NCBI GenBank assembly: GCA_022813865.1
Contig: JALDZX010000028.1
Span: 124,001-188,000 of the forward strand
Direction of reading: 5' to 3'
Length of the DNA: 64,000 nucleotides
Origin: Xylographa opegraphella
Lineage: Eukaryota
Shown here: positions 1 to 15,406 of the stretch, piece after piece
Layout of the letters: the number at the start of each line of letters is the position of its first letter
Numbering within the stretch: position 1 is the first letter of the stretch
Made by a program: the position numbers and the translations under genes
Notes under the pieces: model-generated
What the model was told of the DNA's origin: nothing
The model's input: only the letters and a program-made list of their open reading frames with translations
Databases searched by the model: none

Positions 1-102
1 CTTCTTGATAGTATAACTGATCGTACTTTTTCTAAGCAACAAGTTGAAAAAAAAGCCGACATGGGAAATTTCACAGCTCAAAGAACAGCGCATCTCAGTT
101 CT

Positions 103-1690
103 CTACTTGGCAACTATAGAAACGACATCTTCATCGGCAACAACGTGGCTAAGGCCTACCCGCTGCGGTACATGTCTTGCGCTCGCCCCCCAAACCATTG
201 CGTACTTGAATGTATCCTTCAAAGTTCGGTGGACTTGATCGCAGACCTCTTCGATGGTCGACTTATTGCGAACGATAAGGGCCTCACTGAAGTCCGGCTC
301 ATCTCCCTTCCTAGAGCGAGCTCAGCTTCTGGTGGCAGCACTGTATATAGTTTGGATAAAAGTAGTAGAACAGACCTTTTCGTGTATATACGCATCAACT
401 GCAATTCCTGCCAACATCTCTCGACTACATCTTGGATACCGAGATCCAACTCACAGCTCATGACTACAGTGTTGGGCTCGCGAGCTAGCTTGTCGAGGAA
501 GTCGAGGCTGACAGAGTCGATTTTGTTATAGACATAGAGACTGGCAACTAGTTAGCAGATTACATATAAAGTCCTCTGCTCCCAACATCGAGTGCACACC
601 ATTTGATATATTTTCTGTGATCTTTCATGATCACATCGATGAAGTCGTCCACGGTTGCTACAAATACAGTCAAATACGTCCCAGTAAAGTCGGGTTCTAT
701 CCAGTCAAACCCACCATTCTCGTCTCGAACGAGAACTTCACAATTAAGCATTTTGTAGTCTCGTAGAATGTTGTAAAGCATCTTCTCGTCCAGATGCTTT
801 GGTGGAGCTTGAAACGTAATCTTCATCCCTCCCGCTTTCTTTGCTTTGAGATAAATATTTCTGTGTCCACTTAGCTGGCTGAGGCATTATTAGGAGGATC
901 AGACACCACCTACGGCGGTTCGCGGTTCAATCGTATTCCCACGGCCTCGAGCTCGGCCTCTAAGAGTGCTCGTTGCTCGGCTCGTTTGGTAGCGTCGAGG
1001 ATCATGAGAATTAAATCACTGGTCTTCGAAAAGCTCAGCATTTTCACTTGTATAGCTGTGAGATATCTTAATAACAAACCTTCGCAGCACTAATGACTTG
1101 CCGTCCTCTACCCTTCCCTTCCGCAGCTCCTTCGATGATTCCAGGTAGATCCAGGACTTGAATCTCGGCACCACCATACTCAAGCACGCCGGGAATTGCC
1201 GTAAGGGTTGTGAAAGAGTAGGCAGCCACTTCACTTTTCGTCTTGGTGATCTTCGATAGGAAAGTCGATTTGCCTACGGAAGGAAACCCGACAAGAGCTA
1301 TACGTGCATCGCCGCTCTTACTAACATCGAATCCCGCACCTCCGCCGGAGCCGGCGCCTGGGGCTGGCTCGAGAAGTTGGGCACGTAGTCTAGCAAGCTT
1401 CCTACAAAGAAAGTTAGAATTGGAAAAAAAGGTTGAGAACTAGCTACAGACCCTTTGAGCAAGCCGAGATGATATTCTTCACACCATCAATAATGTCGGG
1501 GTTTTCGGATTCATGGTATCGCACCAGTAGCCTTGTTCTCTCGAACTTATCAGCAGAAATCTATTCGACTGTACATGTAGATACATACTCTGCGTCCTTT
1601 TCATCTCATCCTCGATCCTATAGGTTTCAGTGTGAATTAATATAGAGTCTAAGAAACCCACTCCTTGATCTTCTCCGTGATATTCACCAT
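103..1690 (-). CDS. RBG2: DRG/OBG-family ribosome-binding GTPase (Rbg2/DRG2-like), multi-exon
   Basis: Spliced translation gives [45 protein letters not shown], then G1 motif [26 protein letters not shown] and a TGS-type C-terminus ending ...[18 protein letters not shown] at 1690, TAG at 103-105. Confidence 0.9.
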
Positions 1691-3338
1691 TTCGATTATG
1701 GAGCTCTACAGCAGAGCACTTGATAATCCGCAGAACAACGAAACTTTCGCAATATCAATAGGTACTCTAGAATAATACACAACAATGAAGATTGTCCAAT
1801 TCGATAACTCGCCTAGATGGTCGCTTAGGATCGGACTATCCCAAAAGAAACAATTTGCCGATTAGCCGCCAGACGAGTTAGACTTTCAACGTCAACGGCT
1901 TTTGAAAAGTATCGGGACCCCATTTATTATTGTTGTCAACTCCAACCTTGGAGCAAATAATTACGCAGTTCTTTGTAGCAGTGCATCTTTAGTAAGTGTG
2001 TGGTTTGTGGAGATCTCATCGGACATAAGTTAGACTCCGGGGACGTGGTCGATGACGCGTCGCATAAAAAATCAAGGGAGTGAGACTGATACTGGCGATG
2101 TCATATTGATGGACCCAGGCACATATCCCATGACTCCAGGCGAAGCAGTTTCCGTAGCCATGAGAAGATAGTGTCGATGTTGGTGGCGACGGGATCCAAG
2201 AAGTAGAAGAAGTATGGTCGCATTGTGCGTCGCATCGAACCTCAACAGAATCAAAATGAAGCCGGTGATGTTAGCGATTATACAATTAAGATGATGTCGC
2301 AGGATGCACGACCAAGCGTTTTGCGCATAAAGTCATGAGGAGATAGTGTTGGTGTCGGAGACAATGGAATTAAGAAAGTACGTGGTGTCTTAGAGGTGAG
2401 GAGAGCTTGGGGCGTATGGATCAGGTTGCTAACTCTAAAATTTGGAGGAAGGTATATATATTGCGATAATACAGTGGATTTCAATAACCTGGGGTTCTGT
2501 TGGTGGGCCTGGTCGAAGGGTTATCGACAGCTGGTTAATGCGTAACGCCAGTCCTCGACCAACTTCGGCAAACTCAGCAAAACTTCAGCAGCAGGGTTCG
2601 ATCCTCGAAGGACTCTGTATTTAAACATTTATTCTAAAACCAACCCGTTCATCGGGTGAGTTTGGGTATTGGTCCTGTCTAATTGACCTCATCATTTTGC
2701 ACTTTTCCAGCTCTGTTTTTATTGATGCTGGACTTCATTTATTTGGGAGCTTGAGTAGCTGGAGCCCGGGCTCTGCACTTCCAACACCTCTAGGCAAAGC
2801 TTTAAGTGGTCTCCCGCTGCATCCACCTCCTAATTCAGTCCTGGTCGAGGGCGCCTGCAATACTACAGCGGAAGGCGCCTTTAACACCATTACATTAAAC
2901 CCGGGCCAATAATTCAATCATCAGGATGTTTGTCAGATTGCTCCAGAGTGTCCTTTTAGATCTAATGCCTGTTTTAAGTTGTTGCGTCTCTGTTAATTGC
3001 AATCGTCTGTCTCCAACATCCTACTGCCTTTGATCACCGTCCTACGATTTCGTAACCTGTCCACATCCTCCTGATATACCTTCATCAAGCATTTGATCCA
3101 GGGCTATTCTGCTTATTTATATCGCACCGCCCCAACATGCTTTCGAATCCCAGTTTTCTCAGAAGCTTCTATCGCATCCGCTACCCCTATCCGTACCAGA
3201 TGCTTTATCCCGCAACTCCATCACTGACAACGTGTCATCACAAAGAGATACCAGTCTTCGATTGGGTATCACAGTAATTCTGCAGATTCCCAGAGTCCCC
3301 AGTCAAACGCGTGCTGGACGGCAGAAGTCTGTGCTTGA

Positions 3339-3426
3339 CGGTATGATAGGGGTTCGTCGATGGTATAATAGGGGTTCGTCGACGATATGATAAAGGTTCA
3401 TTGACGGTATGATAGGGGTTCGTCGT
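3339..3426 (+). repeat. 22-bp minisatellite, 4 copies (CGGTATGATAGGGGTTCGTCGA)
   Basis: Units start at 3339, 3361, 3383 and 3405; read directly from the sequence. Confidence 0.9.
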
Positions 3427-3866
3427 GGTTATGATGAATGGCGATGATGAGATAACGGTTGATCGTTTACCTCGCTGTTGCTCTTGCTCCAGAGAAGTCG
3501 ATACAGATGCTGGCGGCTGGACAAGTTTTATGATGGTGCAAATCACTTTTGTCTCAGGCGTAAATCAAAAGTCATGATAGAGAAAACTTCTTCAATCTGT
3601 CTTACTAGAGTGTGACTAGGTAGTATCATCTTATTGGCTTGCCAGTAACATCCTGCCTATCATGTATTTACATGGCAGGTTACCTCTACCTGCCCCTTGG
3701 GCGCACTTCCCCCATATAGCAGTAAAACCCCTGTCAAAGCTCGACTTTTTGCCAAGAGCCGCTAACAAGCAGGGGTGATTGCGGACTTCAATCTGACAAA
3801 TTCATGGCCTTGTCGTAGGACGTACAACATCAGAACCACTCTGGGCCAACAGCTTACCTCTTCGAC

Positions 3867-5168
3867 ATGGCCACTACTATCAGCTCATCCATCCCATCAA
3901 ATATGCCTTCGGCCTTAGAAGCCTCTCCTCCTCCTTCTATCGATCTCCCCTCAACGACCAGCACCGATCTTATAGCCCCAGACTCCACCAGCACCGATGT
4001 TGCAACCACCGACCAAATCACCAACCAAACCACCAACCAAACCACTAACCAAACCACCACTCTCACCGACCCTTCCGACTCTAAAAAGACCAAAAAGATC
4101 ATCCGGCGCAAACGGCGCCCCGCCCGGCCTCAGGTCGACCCCTCGACCATGAAATCCGAGCCCCCGCCACAAACCGGCACCATCTTCAACATCTGGTACA
4201 ACAAATGGTCCGGCGGCGACCGCGAGGACAAGTACCTGTCGAAAACACACGCCGCCGGGCGCTGCGTCATCGCGACCGACTCGGGCTACACGCGCGCGGA
4301 CAAGGTGCCCGGCTCGTATTTCTGCCTGTTCTTCGCAAAGGGCCTCTGTCCGCGCGGCCACGAGTGCGAGTACCTGCACCGGCTGCCGGGCTTGCACGAC
4401 CTGTTCAACCCCAACGTGGACTGCTTCGGGAGGGACAAGCATAGTGACTACCGGGACGACATGGGCGGGGTGGGGAGCTTCATGCGACAGAACAGGACGC
4501 TGTACGTGGGGCGCATACACGTCACGGACGACATCGAGGAGGTGGTCGCGCGCCACTTCGCCGAGTGGGGACAGGTGGATCGCATACGCGTGCTGACGTC
4601 GAGGGGGGTGGCGTTTGTGACCTACACGAACGAGGCGAACAGCCAGTTCGCGAAGGAGGCGATGGCGCACCAGAGTCTGGACCACAACGAGATCCTGAAC
4701 GTGCGCTGGGCGACCGTGGACCCGAACCCGATGGCGCAGAAGCGGGAGGCGAGGAAGATCGAGGAGCAGGCCGCGGAGGCGGTGCGGCGGGCGCTGCCGG
4801 AGGAGTTCGTGAGGGAGATTGAGGGCGATCCGGAAGCGCGGAAGCGGAGGCGGATCGAGGGGGGCTTTGGGCTCGAGGGCTACGAGGCTCCGGATGACAT
4901 ATGGTACGCGAAGTCCAGAGCTGTGACTGGAGGGGAGGAGATGGCGCAGTTGGAAGCTGGCGAGCAACAGTACCTGATCCATGACGCGCCGCCGGACCAA
5001 GGGAGCGACGCGAATGGCGATGGAGGCGGTATACTGTCAGGCTCGACACTGGCAGCATTGAAGGGCTACTCGTCACAGAAAAATGGAAGGTTTACGGTCT
5101 CGCATAAGCCTGCAGCGGCACCGATGGGGCCTCTTGTGGGGTATGGGAGCGACGACGACAGCGAGTAG
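3867..5168 (+). CDS. CWC2: Pre-mRNA splicing factor Cwc2 (CCCH zinc finger plus RRM)
   Basis: Intronless 433 aa ORF with FNIWYNKWSGGD, CLFFAKGLCPRGHECEYLH, DCFGRDKHSDYRDDMGGVGSF and RRM residues TLYVG...GVAFVTY. Confidence 0.95.
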   Translation: MATTISSSIPSNMPSALEASPPPSIDLPSTTSTDLIAPDSTSTDVATTDQITNQTTNQTTNQTTTLTDPSDSKKTKKIIRRKRRPARPQVDPSTMKSEPPPQTGTIFNIWYNKWSGGDREDKYLSKTHAAGRCVIATDSGYTRADKVPGSYFCLFFAKGLCPRGHECEYLHRLPGLHDLFNPNVDCFGRDKHSDYRDDMGGVGSFMRQNRTLYVGRIHVTDDIEEVVARHFAEWGQVDRIRVLTSRGVAFVTYTNEANSQFAKEAMAHQSLDHNEILNVRWATVDPNPMAQKREARKIEEQAAEAVRRALPEEFVREIEGDPEARKRRRIEGGFGLEGYEAPDDIWYAKSRAVTGGEEMAQLEAGEQQYLIHDAPPDQGSDANGDGGGILSGSTLAALKGYSSQKNGRFTVSHKPAAAPMGPLVGYGSDDDSE

Positions 5169-5443
5169 TGTCTAATCACGTTATCCAATCATTACCGTCG
5201 AAATGTCTGGCTGTTTCAGGTGGTTTGCATGAGAACATCAGCTTCAGCTCTATGTGGCCCGTACTGCTATTAGCTCGTAGTGGTCAGGGCCGCTTGGCCG
5301 GTATCCTTCAACCAGTCCGCTTATGCCTCATAGCAGATTTACACACGACCTCAGATATCCTTTGAGTTCATGCTCGAGCATGGAGCCTCAATAAGAAATT
5401 GAACGCCGATTCATAACATTTCTCGGGTATCGCTAAATCATCA

Positions 5444-10625
<5,182 letters not shown>

Positions 10626-10902
10626 GACCACCGGGAGTCTATTCCTTCGGCTGCGGCATGGCAAACCACATTGCTACTGACGTTGACGGTTGCACAGGTG
10701 TCAATTGAGGCACGAGGAGTGGAATTCGCGCTAGCCAAGTCATCGGTGCGCGTGTTGAGCCACTACTCGCTTAGATGAACCCTGCGCCGATCACCCGCTG
10801 TAAACAACAGAGTATCATAATAAGACAATCATCACTTCAATAGCCATTCCTTCACAAAGCGACTTAACGCGATCTTCACCCGTATCATGAGGGTGTGCAA
10901 TC

Positions 10903-13152
10903 ATGCTTGAATGGCTGACGGGAGCATCGCGCTCTCACCACGATATTGCTACTGAAGAAGGTTCTCGTTCACTGTACTGGCGTAATCCCATGGCGAACTT
11001 ACTAACAACCACTGCAGATAACAATCGATCATTTGCTGACGAACCTCCGGAAACACCGGCGCCTCTGTTCGCGGTACGCGCGTTGAAGTCGGCGCTCTTC
11101 GGGACGCCAGCGCTGGAGGAGGAGGATGAAGCGGAAGAGGAAAATAATATTCAATTGCCTACTATACAACATGTTTCCACAGAAGATTTTATTCGGCCAC
11201 TCTCGCCAGCAAGAACTCCCGCAGTTAGCAACCATAATCATACTGCGCAACAGCCGAAGACGGAGCCTTTACTGTCTCCTGCCAAAGGGATACTTCTGAC
11301 ACCAGGTACCGGGGCTACACGAAGGAAGACTGTGTCTTTCGGTGCATTAGCTGATTTTAATAAAGACCTTACCAAAAGTGGTCTTGATCGGGAAGGAGAG
11401 TTGGCTGGCCTTACAAGTACGGACTCCGCCAAACCAGGCCGTGGGCTCCAAGCAACTCGTCGACGTGAAGCAGGGCTCAGAAGAACCTTGTTCGACATAC
11501 AGGGCAAGAGACCAGAGTCCAAAATGCAAGCGGGAGGGTTACAAGCGGAAGATCAGCAAACAATAGAGCCTGCGTATAAGACTAACAAGCTTGGTGGCAA
11601 GGCCTTTACGGATAGTCCTGATGTTACAGTGGACCTCAAGCATCCAATATCTAGATCTGGTCAACACTGGAAGAATGAGTATCAAAAAGACCATGCAAAA
11701 TCCAAGAAGGAGATGCGTAAGCTGATTCACTACACGCAAGCCGCCAAGTCCTATGCGATCAAGCGAGATACTGAAGCTTTGAGTCTAAATGAGAAGCTCA
11801 AACAGGCCTTGACGAGATCGGCAGAGATGGAATCCCGAGTCTCGCAATTAGCGTCGCAGCTTTCGCATTCAGCGGGGCAAAAAAACAGAACTCCTTCCGA
11901 TCATGTTGAATTACTGGGCGAGCTTGCGACCCAGACCGCCAATTCGTTAAGGTATAAACAAAAGGCAGAAAAATACAGGACGGCGCTTCAAGCACAAAGC
12001 AAGCTTGCTACTTTAGGTAATGAGCTTGTTCAGAGTGAGATGAATAATACTGCTTCCGGAGAGCTTCAGACTTCCGTACCACAAGCAAAAAGGCAGGCTC
12101 ATAAATGCGAATCAACTTCGTTCGTAGAAGGCGAGGAGATATTGCAACTCCGCAACGTAGCTGAGATGGCAGAAAACAAAGCGGCGGCATTGATGAAAGA
12201 GAATTTGTCACTTAAAAACACCCTTGCCAGAGTCAAGCAGGAGATGAAAGCTTACGAAATCAGACATCAAGCTAGGGAGCAGCGAAGAAAGAAAAAAGAG
12301 GAGAAAACTGAGGCACAGCGGTTGGCTTTAGAGGAAGAGCTTGCACAATACAGAACTGTCCGTCAACAGAAGACAGCAACTATACCCAGTCAAAACTCTG
12401 TGAGCAGGGTTGACGGCTCCCGAGCGGCACCTTTAGAGACAAAGACACTCAAACAGCATACTGTCGTTGGCAACCTTAACAAGCGTTATCATAAGTTTGC
12501 GCTGCCCGAACAGAACGAGAATTCATCCAAACAGTCACCAAAGGTCTTTGAGAGACAAAAGCTTGATTCAAGCACGGAGGCAAATTCTCTAAAAGAATCC
12601 TGGAATTTGCAGGATATTAAGAGCCATTCTCTGCAAGGAAGTGTCGATATCTGGGCAGGCTCGGTCGATGAGTTAAAGTCGAGCTCTCCGAGAGATCCTT
12701 CACTTATTTATGACGAATCGCCGCTGGCGGAGTTGAAACACTTGCTCAATGAAGGGCACGGCCATCGAGTCAGGGACAGATCAATCATGGTTAAGAGGAG
12801 CGAAAAGCAGATCATAGACTCGAAACCGATGGAACATGTGGTAAACACGGGTCCCATTTGCACTTTGCCAAAATTGGAGCAGGAGCCGGTTCCGGCCCGG
12901 GTTGCAGTACTCGAAGCAGGCCACGAGGGAGTTTTCGGGCAGGACCACCTATTACCGAAGGCTGTTCCGAAGTTGTCAGAAGCCACTTTTCAAGTTCGCC
13001 CACAAGCTTCGTTACCCAGCCAATCACGATCCAATACGTTGTCTCGACTTTTGGGAAACAGTCGCGCAAGCAGCCTGAGTGGACGCCCACCACTTCCGCT
13101 TGATCGTGCCGAGGCAGCAAGAAAGAGGTTGGAGCAAAAAACACAGAGATAA
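10903..13152 (+). CDS. Spindle pole body Cut12-domain coiled-coil protein
   Basis: PETPAPLFAVRALKSALFGTP, SPAKGILLTPGTG and RRKTVSF motifs typical of fungal Cut12-domain proteins, followed by coiled coil. Probable in-frame intron at 10961-11017. Confidence 0.8.
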   Translation: MLEWLTGASRSHHDIATEEGSRSLYWRNPMANLLTTTADNNRSFADEPPETPAPLFAVRALKSALFGTPALEEEDEAEEENNIQLPTIQHVSTEDFIRPLSPARTPAVSNHNHTAQQPKTEPLLSPAKGILLTPGTGATRRKTVSFGALADFNKDLTKSGLDREGELAGLTSTDSAKPGRGLQATRRREAGLRRTLFDIQGKRPESKMQAGGLQAEDQQTIEPAYKTNKLGGKAFTDSPDVTVDLKHPISRSGQHWKNEYQKDHAKSKKEMRKLIHYTQAAKSYAIKRDTEALSLNEKLKQALTRSAEMESRVSQLASQLSHSAGQKNRTPSDHVELLGELATQTANSLRYKQKAEKYRTALQAQSKLATLGNELVQSEMNNTASGELQTSVPQAKRQAHKCESTSFVEGEEILQLRNVAEMAENKAAALMKENLSLKNTLARVKQEMKAYEIRHQAREQRRKKKEEKTEAQRLALEEELAQYRTVRQQKTATIPSQNSVSRVDGSRAAPLETKTLKQHTVVGNLNKRYHKFALPEQNENSSKQSPKVFERQKLDSSTEANSLKESWNLQDIKSHSLQGSVDIWAGSVDELKSSSPRDPSLIYDESPLAELKHLLNEGHGHRVRDRSIMVKRSEKQIIDSKPMEHVVNTGPICTLPKLEQEPVPARVAVLEAGHEGVFGQDHLLPKAVPKLSEATFQVRPQASLPSQSRSNTLSRLLGNSRASSLSGRPPLPLDRAEAARKRLEQKTQR

Positions 13153-13778
13153 ATCGAGGATATCGAAATGAAGCTAAGCAATGGCAGTCTTGATACGAAA
13201 ACAGCAGAGTTTACATTGGCGTAGTCTGTTTACAAGTAGCGGGAAACATTCGGAACACGGTTGCGGATGGTAGTAGCTTATTGTTGTAGCGTCTGTATTT
13301 ATCTTAGGGATTGAGCACTTCCACATGATCGATATCCAACACTACATACCTCAGTACCTTACACAAACGTAGAGGTGCTCCGCAGTCGTGAAGACCAACG
13401 AAGCTTTCCTACTGGAGGTTAGGACAAAATTTGACCACGGGCCGAGCTTTCGCCGCTTATCGCCGTAATCTTAAACCCGGGCGTGTGCCTTCGCCTCGTG
13501 GCGCTCACGGCATTACGCTGACCAGTCTAATTTCAATCATCATTCGATCTGGGTGCGTGTTAAGTCTATCATGTTCGTTCTGTGACCCTAGCTCTATGAC
13601 CACACCTTTCTTTCTTGGTCATCCACCTTCGACCGCATCCATGAAGGACATTCGTTGAGCCTCTACGTGATCCTTCTCCTCACTCATCACCCAGAAGCCA
13701 AGTGGTCAGGCAAGGCCAAACTATCTCCTCGTCCAAGACGTTTCCAATATCGAGAACATCTGACTCCGTAACTGCAAA

Positions 13779-14608
13779 ATGGCTGAACGTATTCTTATGA
13801 ATGAGTACAAAGCGTTGTCGAAGGAGAGGTGGGTCAACGTTGAGGTTTGTCGCTACCATACATCCTTCATCGCCGCTTCTTGCTAATCCGTGTGTAGCTT
13901 CATAATGATGATATCTTGAACTGGGACATAGCCCTGATAATCCTAAATCCGGACTCTCTCTACTATGGTGGCTACTTCAAAGCTAAGATGACCTTCCCGA
14001 AGAATTATCCCTACGCTCCGCCAGGTACAGTACATTCTCACCAATCTAAATCACTCTAATATCTTTTAGGTTTCAGGTTTGTCAAATCCCTTTACCATCC
14101 AAATATCTACAAAGATGGCAAACTTTGTATCTCCATTCTTCACGCACCTGGAGAAGATGAGATGTCAGGGGAGCTTGCCTCTGAGCGGTGGTCTCCTGCT
14201 CAGCGTGTAGAGTCCGTTTTACTATCTATCATATCACTTCTGGACGATGCCGAATGTTCATCACCTGCGAACGTGGACGCTGGTGTTATGCTGCGAAAGA
14301 ACCTGGAAGAATTCAAGAAGTTGGTGAGGAAGGATGTGGAGGCTTCGAAGTCAGACATCCCTGAAGGCTTCGTAATGCCTGAGCGAGATACACCCGTTCA
14401 TCATTTTGAGAAGAACGAAGACAAAGATTTCTGGTACGACAGTGACCAGGAAGAAGATTTCGGAGGTAGCGATACTGATGCTGAGATGACTCAAGATGAG
14501 GGTGATGATTCGCCAGACCAGGAGGAGGAAGAAGAAGAAGAAGAAGATGAGGACGATGTGATAGCGGACGAAGACGACGAAGAAGGCGACGACACCATGC
14601 GTCTCTAG
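13779..14608 (+). CDS. CDC34: Ubiquitin-conjugating enzyme E2, Cdc34-like, 3 exons
   Basis: MAERILMNEYKAL...YYGGYFKAKMTFPKNYPYAPP...HPNIYKDGKLCISILH (catalytic Cys), acidic loop APGEDEMSGE and a long acidic tail. Introns at about 13845-13897 and 14025-14069. Confidence 0.92.
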
Positions 14609-15406
14609 ATCAGCAAAGGCCCGGGCAGTTTGTTTGGGGAATGGAGAGATGCAAGCGATTCGCATATGCCTTTGTTATGAACTCAGCGGCTGCTTCCTCA
14701 GTGGGCATAGCGAACGGTGATTAGCGTATTTCTGAAGGGGAAGTCGTATAGGCTGGCGTGCTTGATTTCCTAGTTTGCATTTGAGCGTACATATCGCGAT
14801 GTCGCCTCTTGCGGGCTAGGACCTATGCAAGTTCCACATCGTACCTATCATGTACGGTACGGCTAGGGGCTTGCAACTTTTGTGATTAGCACAAGTATCT
14901 AGCAGAAACATGGTGTGCGAACTGTACTCAGAAGCTCCCGTTCATTCTTATAGCGATCGTATTTCTTAAATAAAATATCAAAACTCTCAACTCCGTGCTT
15001 CAATGCTTGGGTACGAATATCTCAATTATTACCCCACAAACGCCAGTGCTCTCACCCCACTAAGTTATAATAAGATACCTTACCTAAGCGAGCTAAGGTC
15101 GCCGGTGAGCAAGCCGCCAGCGCTTGCCGTATCTAGGCTAAGCAGCAAATTGCCCAGCTAAAGTAAAGTTAGGCTTGATCCTAGCAGAATTGAAGCTATC
15201 CGCAGGAGCTATGTCACTGTTGTGCAGGTTGTAGCTAATGGTCAGATCATCTCTTTGCCGTTGACTCTGCATTACGTGACATCTTTGCGCTGCAGAATTC
15301 TAGGAGATGCGGCGAGAACACGAATACTTTGCTAGATCCTTCGTTTTTCTCACTCCCTCAGCGAGCTTGGGCCATATTAAGCCTATCTGGACGGGAAATA
15401 CAGACA

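Noticed and set aside
3339..3426. CRISPR-like short repeats
   Set aside because: Units are contiguous with no spacers, the context is eukaryotic and there are no cas genes.
3951..5076. Long antisense ORFs (349 aa and 184 aa) over CWC2
   Set aside because: Shadow ORFs produced by high GC3 on the sense strand; no recognisable motifs.
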